From Candidatus Omnitrophota bacterium (GTDB lineage: Bacteria > Omnitrophota > Gorgyraeia > Duberdicusellales > 4484-171): a stretch of DNA of 50,186 nt. The notes under the pieces were generated by a model. That model saw nothing but the letters and a program-made list of their open reading frames with translations. It was not told the origin of the DNA and did no database searches. Made by a program: the position numbers and the translations under genes. Of this stretch, positions 5,445-14,768 are shown piece by piece. The stretch is taken from NCBI GenBank assembly GCA_016935525.1, contig JAFGQU010000012.1:67248-117433 (forward strand). The letters are read 5' to 3'. Numbering within the stretch: the stretch's first letter is position 1; every line of letters starts with the position of its first letter.

Positions 5445-7398
5445 AGCCTTGGCCGTCGATTTATATGAATTAACGATGGCTCAGGTATATCATAAGTATA
5501 AACCCGGCACCTACGCTACGTTTGACCTGTTTGTCCGTTCTGCCCGTCGTCCTTTCTATGTCGCCTGCGGTATTGATGAAGCCTTGAATTACCTGGCCGA
5601 GCTTTCTTTCGATAAAGAAGATATCGAATATCTAAAAAGTCTAGGTATGTTTGAGGAAGAATTTCTGGCGTATCTCGAAAAATTCCGGTTCCAGGGGACA
5701 GTCTGGGCGGTAGAAGAACCGGAAATCGTATTTGCCAATGAACCGATCATGCGTATTACCGCTTCTTTGATCGAAGCGCAGATAGTCGAAAGCTTTCTTC
5801 TTAACCAGGTAAATCTGGGAACGACTCTCGCGACCAAAGCGGCCCGGGTTGTGATTGCCGCGCAGGGGAAAGGTGTTTTTGATTTTTCTTTTCGCCGGAC
5901 TCAAGGGGTCGAAGCTTCTCTGGCCTGCGCGAAATATTCTTATATGACCGGAGTATTGGGGACGTCCAATGTCCTGGCCGGCCAAAAATACCGGATACCT
6001 GTGTCCGGGACGATTGCTCATTCGTTTGTCATGAGTTTTGATCGGGAAATAGAAAGTTTTTTAAGTTTTGCCAAAGAGTTCCCTACCAGAAGTATTTTTC
6101 TTGTGGATACCTATGATGTCCGTTGCGGTATCGATTCGGCGTTAAAGGTGGCGCGATTTTTAAAGCAACGGGGTATCGACTTGGTGGGGATCCGTCTCGA
6201 TAGCGGTAACCTCGTCGAAGATTCTCATTACGCTCGCGTCCAACTTGACCGGGAAGGGTTTATTGATACGATGATCGTCGCCTCCGGAGATCTTGATGAA
6301 TATAAAATAGAGGAATTACTTGATCAACGGGCACCGATCGATGTGTTCGGGGTCGGCAGCAATCTGGGGTCTTCAAGCGATAGTCCTTATACGGATGTGA
6401 TCTATAAACTTGTTGAGATCAAAGAAAAAGGAAAAGATTCCGTCCCTACGATGAAAACCAGTGAAGGGAAATCGACCTTGCCCGGCCGCAAGCAGGTGTA
6501 TCGTTCGTTTAATCCTGCCGGGATCATGATGGGGGACGAAGTGGCGTTAGATAAAGAGGATAACCATGAGAAAAAATTGCTGCGTAAAGTGATGGAGAAA
6601 GGTAAACGCCTTTATAGAGAAAAGACTCTTGGTGAAAAAAGAAAAATATTCAACCAGAAGCAATCGGCACTTCCTGATTTTCTTAGAAAAGCGGAAGTCG
6701 CCGGGCACTATGACGTAAAAGTATCTAAACGATTAAGTGAAGTGACCGTCCGGCTTACTGATGAGATGAAGTCGAGGACCGAAGAGAAAATAGTCTTTTT
6801 TGACGTGGATACTCAGTACGATTTTTTAGATAAGAAAGGAGCGTTACGGGCACCGGGTGCCGAGGCGATCATCGCCAATCTTAAGAAATTGACGCAGTGC
6901 GCCTCAGCCGGAGGCATCAGGATCATCTCTTCATTAGATACCCATCGCCGCGATGACCCTGAATTTAAAGAATTTCCCGCGCATTGCGTGAAGAATACGC
7001 GAGGTCACAAAAAGATAAAAGAGACTACTTTGAAGAACGCCAAAACACTTTCCGTAAAAAAAATGCATTCTTTTGCCGAGTTACGGACAATGTTGCGAAA
7101 ACATCCTCAACTTATTCTGGAGAAGCATACCCTCAACGTGTTCTCTAATCCCAATGCCCATAACCTTCTTGAAGTGATCTTCCCGGATAAAACGTATGTG
7201 TATGGGGCCGTTACGGAATATTGTGTGCGAGAAGTGGTGGAAGGGTTACTGAAGAACAATTTTTCGGTCGCTATTGTCGAGGATGCGGTGAAAGAGGTTT
7301 CCAAGAAAGAAAAAGACCGCCTGTTTGCTTCATGGCGTCGGCGCGGAGTCGAATTTATAAAGACTCAAACCCTACTTTCTTCGCTTTCCCATAGGTAG
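5437..7398 (+). CDS. pncB: Fusion protein: nicotinate phosphoribosyltransferase (N) plus nicotinamidase/isochorismatase-family hydrolase (C)
   Basis: 653 aa. The N-terminal ~450 aa are NAPRTase-like (DLYELTMAQVY..., GTIAHSFVMSF). The C-terminal ~185 aa are cysteine-hydrolase-like (FFDVDTQYDF, ...K..., AVTEYCV, giving a D-K-C triad). Confidence 0.85.
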   Translation: MSKALAVDLYELTMAQVYHKYKPGTYATFDLFVRSARRPFYVACGIDEALNYLAELSFDKEDIEYLKSLGMFEEEFLAYLEKFRFQGTVWAVEEPEIVFANEPIMRITASLIEAQIVESFLLNQVNLGTTLATKAARVVIAAQGKGVFDFSFRRTQGVEASLACAKYSYMTGVLGTSNVLAGQKYRIPVSGTIAHSFVMSFDREIESFLSFAKEFPTRSIFLVDTYDVRCGIDSALKVARFLKQRGIDLVGIRLDSGNLVEDSHYARVQLDREGFIDTMIVASGDLDEYKIEELLDQRAPIDVFGVGSNLGSSSDSPYTDVIYKLVEIKEKGKDSVPTMKTSEGKSTLPGRKQVYRSFNPAGIMMGDEVALDKEDNHEKKLLRKVMEKGKRLYREKTLGEKRKIFNQKQSALPDFLRKAEVAGHYDVKVSKRLSEVTVRLTDEMKSRTEEKIVFFDVDTQYDFLDKKGALRAPGAEAIIANLKKLTQCASAGGIRIISSLDTHRRDDPEFKEFPAHCVKNTRGHKKIKETTLKNAKTLSVKKMHSFAELRTMLRKHPQLILEKHTLNVFSNPNAHNLLEVIFPDKTYVYGAVTEYCVREVVEGLLKNNFSVAIVEDAVKEVSKKEKDRLFASWRRRGVEFIKTQTLLSSLSHR

Positions 7399-7463
7399 TC
7401 ATTCCCTGCAATTATGGAACTGTTGCAAAATATCACAGTCCCTATTAGGCGTCAGCGCCATTA

Positions 7464-7492
7464 TTGACAGTCAAATAGTTTTATGTTAAGGT
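7464..7492 (+). promoter_or_regulatory. Candidate promoter of proC (near-leaderless)
   Basis: TTGACA, 17-nt spacer, TAAGGT. The ATG at 7503 is 10 nt after the -10 element and there is no Shine-Dalgarno sequence. Confidence 0.5.
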
Positions 7493-7502
7493 AAAAAAAT
7501 TT

Positions 7503-8309
7503 ATGAAAAAAAATCAATCAATCGGAATAATCGGATCCGGGAATATGGGGCGGGCATTAGCGGGTGTGTTGGCTTCGCAGCGCTGGAAAGTCTTTATCTA
7601 TGATATCAAAAAAGCTAAATATAAAAAAGCCAAAAATGTCTATCCCTGCCGTACGGCTTCTGAAGTAATAGAGAAAGTCCCGGCAGTGATCATCGCGATT
7701 AAACCTCAGGATATTCCCGGTTTTTTATTACAAAGCGCGGTGCGTACGACTTTTGAGAATACCCGGCCACTGGTCATTTCTATCGCTGCCGGCGTAAGCA
7801 CTTCGTGTTACGAAAAGAAAATAAAAAGGATAAAAATCGTCCGGGTAATGCCTAACCTGGGAGCGCTGTGCGGCCAGGCGGTCTCTTTTCTTTGTGCCGG
7901 TAAGAATGTGCGAAGAAAAGATGTCGCTTTTGCGCGGAATATCTTTCATCGAGTGGGCGATGTCTATGTAATATCTGAATCGATGCTCGATAAGGTGACC
8001 GCGATTTCCGGGAGCGGGCCGGGATATGTGTTCTATTTTATGGATTGTTTGTTCAGGAGCGCGCTTAAACTGGGGTTTTCCCGCGTCTTGGCCCGGGCAA
8101 TGGTGGCAAGGACGTTCAGCGGGGCCTGTGCGTTGGCCGAACACCGGAAAGATGATTTTAAGACGTTAGTGGAACAGGTGGCGTCTAAAGGCGGTACTAC
8201 CCGGGCGGCGCTCGACGTATTCGCGCAGAACAAGTTTGAGATGTTGATGGCCAATGCCGTCGCCAGCGCATATCGGCGGGCCCGGCAATTGAGTAACATT
8301 AAAAGGTGA
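7503..8309 (+). CDS. proC: Pyrroline-5-carboxylate reductase
   Basis: 268 aa. Rossmann motif IGIIGSGNMGRAL and a C-terminal ASKGGTTRAAL motif. Confidence 0.9.
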   Translation: MKKNQSIGIIGSGNMGRALAGVLASQRWKVFIYDIKKAKYKKAKNVYPCRTASEVIEKVPAVIIAIKPQDIPGFLLQSAVRTTFENTRPLVISIAAGVSTSCYEKKIKRIKIVRVMPNLGALCGQAVSFLCAGKNVRRKDVAFARNIFHRVGDVYVISESMLDKVTAISGSGPGYVFYFMDCLFRSALKLGFSRVLARAMVARTFSGACALAEHRKDDFKTLVEQVASKGGTTRAALDVFAQNKFEMLMANAVASAYRRARQLSNIKR

Positions 8310-8312
8310 GAG

Positions 8313-9146
8313 ATGCTCGGCATCATAAAAAGTTTTAACCCTCGTGCTTACCGTGGGTTCGCCCGGCAACGGGTCACCCGGACCATAGGATTTTTTATCG
8401 TCGTCACTTTGCTTATCAGTGTGGTGATGACGTATCAGAGCTATTCGTTTATCAACCAAGTCGTCCCGGAACTCGGCCGGTGGGTCGAGAATAATTTTGA
8501 TACGATATTTTCCGATATTCCCACAATCGAGATCGAAAACGGGAAGATCCTTTCTCCGGGTGAGTTCTACATGAAAAAGTTGAATAACAAATTCGTGTTT
8601 ATTATTGAACCGGAAGTAGAACAGGTATATCCGATACTTGAACGGTATGAAAACGTAGTGGTACTTGCCCAGAAAAGGCTTCTGATGAAATTCACCAGGA
8701 ATCAGGCTTTAGAAGAGAGTCAGATGAAAACCTATAATCTGGGGAAACTGAGTTATTTTAAACTCGAACAGACCTCAGAAGGGATACAAGTCTCTATCCC
8801 GGACCATATCCTGCTGTTAACTGAAGAGAATGTAAAAAACACCATCGAAAAGGTCGCTTCGTCCATATACCCGCTTCTTTTTATTTTCTTTTTCTTTTAT
8901 TATAACGGCGCAAAACTTATCCAGGTATTCCTGTTCAGTCTGTTCTCGCTGGTCCTGAACAACCTGATGCATGCCGGCTGTTCTTATTCGGAACTATTCA
9001 ATATCGGCGTATATGCATTAGTCCCCCCGACTGTCCTGGCGTTAGCGTGTTCTTTTATACCCGTGCATATACCCTTTTTCGCACTCATATATATAATGGC
9101 ATATGGGGTATTCCTTGGATTGGCTTTAAAAGCGATGAAAGGATGA
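8313..9146 (+). CDS. DUF1189-like integral membrane protein
   Basis: 277 aa. N-terminal YRGFARQRVTRTIGFFIVVTLLISVV, a soluble middle part and a C-terminal multi-TM region. The family assignment is from memory of the DUF1189 architecture. Confidence 0.6.
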   Translation: MLGIIKSFNPRAYRGFARQRVTRTIGFFIVVTLLISVVMTYQSYSFINQVVPELGRWVENNFDTIFSDIPTIEIENGKILSPGEFYMKKLNNKFVFIIEPEVEQVYPILERYENVVVLAQKRLLMKFTRNQALEESQMKTYNLGKLSYFKLEQTSEGIQVSIPDHILLLTEENVKNTIEKVASSIYPLLFIFFFFYYNGAKLIQVFLFSLFSLVLNNLMHAGCSYSELFNIGVYALVPPTVLALACSFIPVHIPFFALIYIMAYGVFLGLALKAMKG

Positions 9147-9151
9147 GATCT

Positions 9152-10012
9152 ATGGAACGAATAGGCGTGATCGGCGGCAGCGGGCTCTATCAATTGGAAG
9201 GGATTGCTCATCGTCAGGAGATCGAGGTGAATACTCCGTTCGGCAGCGCTTCGGGAAAATTCATCCTTGCGGAACTGGAAGGAAGAGAGATCGTGTTTTT
9301 ACCCCGTCACGGGAAATTTCATCAAATCCCACCCTCGGCCATCAATTACCGGGCGAATATGTACGGGATGAAAAAGCTCGGGGTAGGATGGGTTATCTCT
9401 ATTTCGGCTTGCGGGTCGCTTAAAGAAGAATTAAGACCGCTTGATTTTGTGGTTCCGACACAGTTCCTTGACCGTACCAACCACGGCCGCGAAAATACTT
9501 TTTTCGATGAGGGAATAGTCGCTCATCTTAGTTTTGCCCATCCGGTGTGCGAAGAACTGGCTGAAGTAGTGTATGCCCAGGCCAAAGAGATTCATCGGGA
9601 AGTCCATTACGGAGGGACGTATGTGAATATAGAGGGGCCTCAATTCTCCACGTTAGCCGAATCGAATCTTTACCGCAGTTGGGGGATGGACATTATCGGG
9701 ATGACCAATATGGTCGAAGCCCGTCTTGCCCGCGAGGCGGAGATATGTTATGCGACGTTGGCGGCGATCACCGATTATGATTGTTGGCGCCAGACGACGG
9801 ACGAGGTAACGGTGGATATGGTCATCGAAAATCTACAGAAAAATGTCGCCAATGCCCGGGCAATATTGAAAAAAGCGTTACTGAAGATCGATCCGCAAAG
9901 AACATGCGGTTGTAAAGATGCGCTTAAATATGCCGTCGTCACCAATGCTTCCGGGATTTCTCAAGAGGTAAAGGATAGACTGGACATTTTTATCGGTAAG
10001 TACATCAAATAG
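9152..10012 (+). CDS. mtnP: S-methyl-5'-thioadenosine phosphorylase
   Basis: MERIGVIGGSGLY ... FLPRHG ... GMTNMVEARLAREAEICYA, matching the PNP/MTAP family. The ATG at 9152 follows AAAGGATGAG. The ORF-track start 9047 overlaps the upstream gene. Confidence 0.9.
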   Translation: MERIGVIGGSGLYQLEGIAHRQEIEVNTPFGSASGKFILAELEGREIVFLPRHGKFHQIPPSAINYRANMYGMKKLGVGWVISISACGSLKEELRPLDFVVPTQFLDRTNHGRENTFFDEGIVAHLSFAHPVCEELAEVVYAQAKEIHREVHYGGTYVNIEGPQFSTLAESNLYRSWGMDIIGMTNMVEARLAREAEICYATLAAITDYDCWRQTTDEVTVDMVIENLQKNVANARAILKKALLKIDPQRTCGCKDALKYAVVTNASGISQEVKDRLDIFIGKYIK

Positions 10013-10040
10013 CGGATAGCGGTGAGCGATTAGCGAATAG
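10011..10040 (+). repeat. AGCGnnT heptad tandem array (single arm) overlapping the mtnP stop codon
   Basis: Reads AGCGGAT AGCGGTG AGCGATT AGCGAAT AG. The first AG belongs to the TAG stop at 10010-10012. Confidence 0.85.
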
Positions 10041-10093
10041 ACCAATATCCTGAGAAGCAGATATTAAACGGTAGAGATGGGAGAACAAATAAT

Positions 10094-11008
10094 ATGGAAA
10101 AGAAGAAACATATCCTGGTTATCGGGTCGGTCGCTTTGGATACGATAGAGACCCCGCTGGGCCGGTGCCGTGAAGTATTAGGCGGGTCTGCGGTATATTT
10201 TTCGGTATGCGCGAGCCTGTTCGCGCCGGTGCGATTAGTCGCGGTGGTCGGCGAAGATTTTCCTTCCCGTCATAAAACGTTTCTTCAAAAACGAAAAAAC
10301 GTCGATATCGAAGGCCTTGTCGTCCAGAAAGGGAAAACGTTTCGTTGGGAAGGGCGTTACGGATGGGATTTCGGAAATGCCGAGACTATCGCTACTCATT
10401 TAAACGTATTCGCCCAGTTTAAACCGCAGATCCCGAAGTCTTATGAGAACAGTGAGTATGTCTTTTTGGCGAATATCGATCCGGAGTTGCAATCCGGCGT
10501 GCTTACTCAATTGAGGCGGCCGCAGCTTATCGTCTGCGATACGATGAACTTCTGGATTGAAAATAAGAAAAAACATTTGTTGCGGTTACTCAAAAAAGTG
10601 GATATTTTCGTGTTAAATGAATCGGAAGCCCGTCAGCTTTCCGGTGAAGCGAATATCGCCAAAGCGGCCCGGGCGATCATGTCGTTCGGTCCTAAAAGCC
10701 TGATCGTCAAAAAAGGCGAACATGGTGCGATCATGTTTACCAAAGATGCCGTGTTTTGTGTGCCGGCATATCTTTTAGAAGAAGTATTTGATCCCACCGG
10801 AGCAGGGGATACCTTCGCCGGAGGATTTTTGGGATATCTGGCTTCAGTCGGGAAGATCACTACGACTACATTAAAACAGGCGTTGATTTACGGGAATATC
10901 ATGGCTACCTTTGCGGTGAACGATTTCAGCCTGCACTGTTTAGGCAGTATCAACCGGGGAGAGGTCAAAAAGAGATACCAAAAATTCAGGAAATATTCTT
11001 GTTTTTAA
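10094..11008 (+). CDS. PfkB-family (ribokinase-like) carbohydrate/nucleoside kinase
   Basis: 304 aa. N-terminal VIGSVALDTIETP and the C-terminal PfkB signature DPTGAGDTFAGGFLGYL. Confidence 0.85.
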   Translation: MEKKKHILVIGSVALDTIETPLGRCREVLGGSAVYFSVCASLFAPVRLVAVVGEDFPSRHKTFLQKRKNVDIEGLVVQKGKTFRWEGRYGWDFGNAETIATHLNVFAQFKPQIPKSYENSEYVFLANIDPELQSGVLTQLRRPQLIVCDTMNFWIENKKKHLLRLLKKVDIFVLNESEARQLSGEANIAKAARAIMSFGPKSLIVKKGEHGAIMFTKDAVFCVPAYLLEEVFDPTGAGDTFAGGFLGYLASVGKITTTTLKQALIYGNIMATFAVNDFSLHCLGSINRGEVKKRYQKFRKYSCF

Positions 11009-11020
11009 ATTCCCAGACCA

Positions 11021-13789
11021 ATGAACTATAAAAATACTCTCAACCTTCCGCGTACCGATTTTGCCATGAAAGCTAATCTCGCCCAGCGTGAGCCGGGTAT
11101 TCTTGAGCTCTGGCAAAAAGGGAAGCTCTATTCGGCAATCCGGGCGATCCATAAAACACACGAGAAGTTCATCCTTCATGATGGCCCGCCGTACGCCAAC
11201 GGTTTCATCCATATCGGCCATGCGTTAAACAAGATCCTTAAAGATATTGTGATCAAATATAAGACGATGCGGGGGTATGACGCTCCGTTTATTATCGGAT
11301 GGGATTGTCATGGCCTTCCCGTAGAACACCAGTTATTTAAAGAGCTTAAACGCAGTAAACATGATGTCGACATCATCGATTTTCGTAAACAGGCAAAAGA
11401 ATTCGCGTTGAAGTTCGTTGAACTCCAGAAGAAAGATTTTGAACGGCTCGGGGTGTTCAGTGACTGGGATAATCCCTATCTTACCTTGAATCATGAGTAT
11501 GAATACTGGGTGATCAAACTTCTTGAAAACCTTGTCGACCAGGGATATATCTATAGAGGATTGAGGCCGGTCAACTGGTGTGCGAGGTGCGAGACCGCGC
11601 TGGCCGAGGCCGAAGTCGACTATCATGATAAACAATCAGATTCTATTTATGTATTATTTGATATAAAAGATCAGGAAAAGCATCCTTTGTTTTCCCTCAT
11701 CCAGGGGCCTTGCGCGTTTTTAGTGTGGACCACGACTCCCTGGACGCTTATTTCTAACGTTGCGGTCGCAGTCCATCCCGAACTGGAATATGTGTGTGTG
11801 ACGATAGGGAAAAAGAAAGTCGTTTTAGCTAAAGAACTTTTACCGGCGATAAGCGAAAAATTATCGGTTTCTCTTAAACCGCTCGCTACGTTTAAAGGTA
11901 ACCAATTAGAACAGACCGTGCTTGTCCATCCTTTCCTGGAAAGGTCTTCGCCGGTGGTAGGTGCCGATTTCGTATCGAAAGAAGAAGGTTCCGGTTGTGT
12001 CCATATCGCTCCCGGGCATGGAGAAGAAGACTATTCGTTGGTAAAGAAATATCATTTAAAGGTCATCATGCCGGTGAACGATAAGGGGATCTTTACCGAA
12101 GAAGCCGGTCCGTTTTCGGGGCTCTCGATTTGTGCGGCGACCGAAAAGGTGATTGAAGTACTGAACGATAAGCAAAGATTGCTTCATCATGAAAAGATAG
12201 CTCATTCCTATCCGCATTGTTGGCGCTGTAAGGAAGCGATTATTTTCCGGGCGACCTACCAGTGGTTTCTTAACGTCGACCACCGGCACTTGCGTGCTAA
12301 GACCTTACAGGAAGTAGATAAAGTGCGTTGGATACCGGCATCCGGTGCCGAACGGATGAGAGCTATGCTTACCAATCGTCCGGACTGGTGTCTTTCCCGT
12401 CAGCGGTTATGGGGGATTCCGATCCCGGTAATACGTTGCGAAAAATGTAATGCGGTCCTTTTAGAAAAAGAAGTGATCCGCTACACTGCCGAAATATTTA
12501 AAAAGAAAGGGTCCGACAGCTGGTTTACCGATGATCTGCGGGAGTTTCTGCCGCCGGGATTTGAATGTCCGGGGTGCCATACCAATGAGTTTACCAAACA
12601 ATTCGATATTCTCGATGTATGGTTTGAGTCGGGCGCAAGTTTCCTGGCGGTGGTCTCGGCGAACGAGACGCTTGCGTTTCCGGCGGATCTCTATTTAGAG
12701 GGGAGTGATCAGCACCGGGGATGGTTTCAGGTGTCGCTTATCCCTTCGGTCGCCAAAGAGTCTGTTTCCCCGTTTAAAAGTATTTTGACTCATGGGTTTG
12801 TGGTCGACGGTGACGGGAGAAAAATGTCTAAATCGATGGGGAATGTCGTTTCTCCCCAGGAAGTCATCAAACGGTATGGTGCCGATATCCTGAGGTTATG
12901 GGTAGCCTATAGCGATTACAGTGAAGACATTAAGCTTTCGGAGCAGATTTTGACTCAATTGGTGGATATTTACCGTAAGATCCGTAATACTATACGGTTT
13001 ATTCTCGGGAATCTCTGTGATTTTAATCCTCATAAAGATTCGGTAAAAGAGGAACACATGCCGCAGATGGACCGGTTTATGGGTATCCGGGCCCGGGAAG
13101 TGTTCAAAGATATCGTTGAAGAATACGAGAATTTCTCTTTTTATAAAGTGTGTCAAAAATTGTTCAGTTTTTGTAACCAGGAGTTAAGTTCATTTTACCT
13201 GGACGTCTTAAAAGACCGGTTGTATACCTATGCGCCATCATCGCTTCCGCGCCGGTCGGCTCAAACGGTGCTTTATTTTATTGTCGAAGAACTCATCAAA
13301 TTAAGCGCACCGATTTTGAGTTTTACGGCGGAAGAGGCGTTCGCGAGTCTGTCGGGTACGACTATCGCCGAACGTTCGGTATTTCTTGAGGAAATCGACC
13401 GGGACCTGTTCTCGAAAAACGGCGATGCCGCCCGGCTCGTCGAATCCTGGGAAAAGATCAAAGGGTTGAGAGAAGAGGTCCTTAAAGAGATCGAAGTAAA
13501 AAGAGAACAGGGTGTCGTCGGCAGTTCTCTTGAGGCTGAGGTGAGTCTGACGTTTCCTGAGGAGGAATACGCGTTTTTTTCCGGTTACCAGGCAATATTT
13601 ATGGAAGTGTGTATTGTTTCTAAAGTCAATGTGTCTTGCGGCAGGAGGCAGATAGAGGTGACCAAGTCGAATACCCTCAAATGCCCGCGTTGTTGGAACT
13701 TTCGTGATGATGTCGGTCAAGACCAGGCCTATCCGGAAGTATGCGTGCGTTGTGCCGAGGCCTTACGGCAGATCAATTACGCAGAATAA
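11021..13789 (+). CDS. ileS: Isoleucine--tRNA ligase
   Basis: 922 aa. HIGH region PPYANGFIHIGH, KMSKS, and a C-terminal CPRC...CVRC zinc knuckle. Confidence 0.97.
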   Translation: MNYKNTLNLPRTDFAMKANLAQREPGILELWQKGKLYSAIRAIHKTHEKFILHDGPPYANGFIHIGHALNKILKDIVIKYKTMRGYDAPFIIGWDCHGLPVEHQLFKELKRSKHDVDIIDFRKQAKEFALKFVELQKKDFERLGVFSDWDNPYLTLNHEYEYWVIKLLENLVDQGYIYRGLRPVNWCARCETALAEAEVDYHDKQSDSIYVLFDIKDQEKHPLFSLIQGPCAFLVWTTTPWTLISNVAVAVHPELEYVCVTIGKKKVVLAKELLPAISEKLSVSLKPLATFKGNQLEQTVLVHPFLERSSPVVGADFVSKEEGSGCVHIAPGHGEEDYSLVKKYHLKVIMPVNDKGIFTEEAGPFSGLSICAATEKVIEVLNDKQRLLHHEKIAHSYPHCWRCKEAIIFRATYQWFLNVDHRHLRAKTLQEVDKVRWIPASGAERMRAMLTNRPDWCLSRQRLWGIPIPVIRCEKCNAVLLEKEVIRYTAEIFKKKGSDSWFTDDLREFLPPGFECPGCHTNEFTKQFDILDVWFESGASFLAVVSANETLAFPADLYLEGSDQHRGWFQVSLIPSVAKESVSPFKSILTHGFVVDGDGRKMSKSMGNVVSPQEVIKRYGADILRLWVAYSDYSEDIKLSEQILTQLVDIYRKIRNTIRFILGNLCDFNPHKDSVKEEHMPQMDRFMGIRAREVFKDIVEEYENFSFYKVCQKLFSFCNQELSSFYLDVLKDRLYTYAPSSLPRRSAQTVLYFIVEELIKLSAPILSFTAEEAFASLSGTTIAERSVFLEEIDRDLFSKNGDAARLVESWEKIKGLREEVLKEIEVKREQGVVGSSLEAEVSLTFPEEEYAFFSGYQAIFMEVCIVSKVNVSCGRRQIEVTKSNTLKCPRCWNFRDDVGQDQAYPEVCVRCAEALRQINYAE

Positions 13790-13897
13790 ATTAATTGAAA
13801 AAAAACGAATCTGTGTATATACTTGTAGAGACATAAGTATTATAAATCAGGCTGGGTATATAATTGAGTGCCAGCAAAATAGGTCGAGGAGGATAAG

Positions 13898-14299
13898 ATG
13901 AAAAAAAAGAAAAGGTTTCTCAAGAAAGATTTAGACATCTATAAAGAGAAACTGTTGAATCTGCGTGATGAGATGTACGCTCAGATCAAAGATCTTTCTG
14001 AGGATACTTTGATGAAATCACAGAAAGAAATGTCCGGGGACATATCCGGCTACGGTATCCATATGGCCGATGTGGCTTCCGATAATTATGAACGGGACTT
14101 TAATCTGGGGCTGGTATCCAGTGAACGTAAGATCTTAAGGGAAATCGATGATGCGTTAAAACGCGTAGAAGAAAAGGATTACGGCGCCTGCCTTGAATGC
14201 GGATGCGAGATCACCAAACGCCGGCTTAATGCGATTCCCTATGCGCGCCATTGCAAACAATGCCAGGAAGAGATAGAACAAAAAGACCAGATGCGTTAA
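13898..14299 (+). CDS. DksA/TraR-family C4 zinc-finger protein
   Basis: 133 aa. CLECGCEI...HCKQCQ four-Cys finger preceded by a coiled-coil region. A GAGGAGG Shine-Dalgarno sequence lies upstream. Confidence 0.85.
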   Translation: MKKKKRFLKKDLDIYKEKLLNLRDEMYAQIKDLSEDTLMKSQKEMSGDISGYGIHMADVASDNYERDFNLGLVSSERKILREIDDALKRVEEKDYGACLECGCEITKRRLNAIPYARHCKQCQEEIEQKDQMR

Positions 14300-14303
14300 A
14301 GCT

Positions 14304-14768
14304 ATGGGACTTGTCGTTATCGTCTCGTTAAGTGTCTTTCTGCTCGACACGTGTGTTAAAGCCTTCCTTAAACAAAACCCTCTCACCGATTTCCCCTTTA
14401 TTGATCATGTCGTTTTTATCACGGTCGTGTTCAATGAGGGCGCGGCGTTCGGTTTTTTTAATTCGCATACCGAGTTCCTCACTATCCTGAGTGTGGTGTT
14501 TATCGGGTTCCTCGCTTCGCTGGTGTATCAGGAACGTAAAAGCAGTAAGATCGTCCGGATGGCCTACGGATTTATTCTGGGCGGCGCGTTCTGCAACCTT
14601 TTTGATAGAGTCGTCTACGGATATGTGGTAGATTATATTGATGTGAAAGTATGGCCGGTATTTAATCTGTCCGACTCGGCGATTACCCTGGGGGTCCTGT
14701 ATATCCTTTACCACTCGTTAGCCCAGAGGAGACATGAAAAGAAAGTTTACGGTCAATCAGGAAAATGA
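14304..14768 (+). CDS. lspA: Lipoprotein signal peptidase (signal peptidase II)
   Basis: 154 aa with four TM segments. Conserved motifs NEGAAFG and FNLSDSAITLG. Confidence 0.92.
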   Translation: MGLVVIVSLSVFLLDTCVKAFLKQNPLTDFPFIDHVVFITVVFNEGAAFGFFNSHTEFLTILSVVFIGFLASLVYQERKSSKIVRMAYGFILGGAFCNLFDRVVYGYVVDYIDVKVWPVFNLSDSAITLGVLYILYHSLAQRRHEKKVYGQSGK

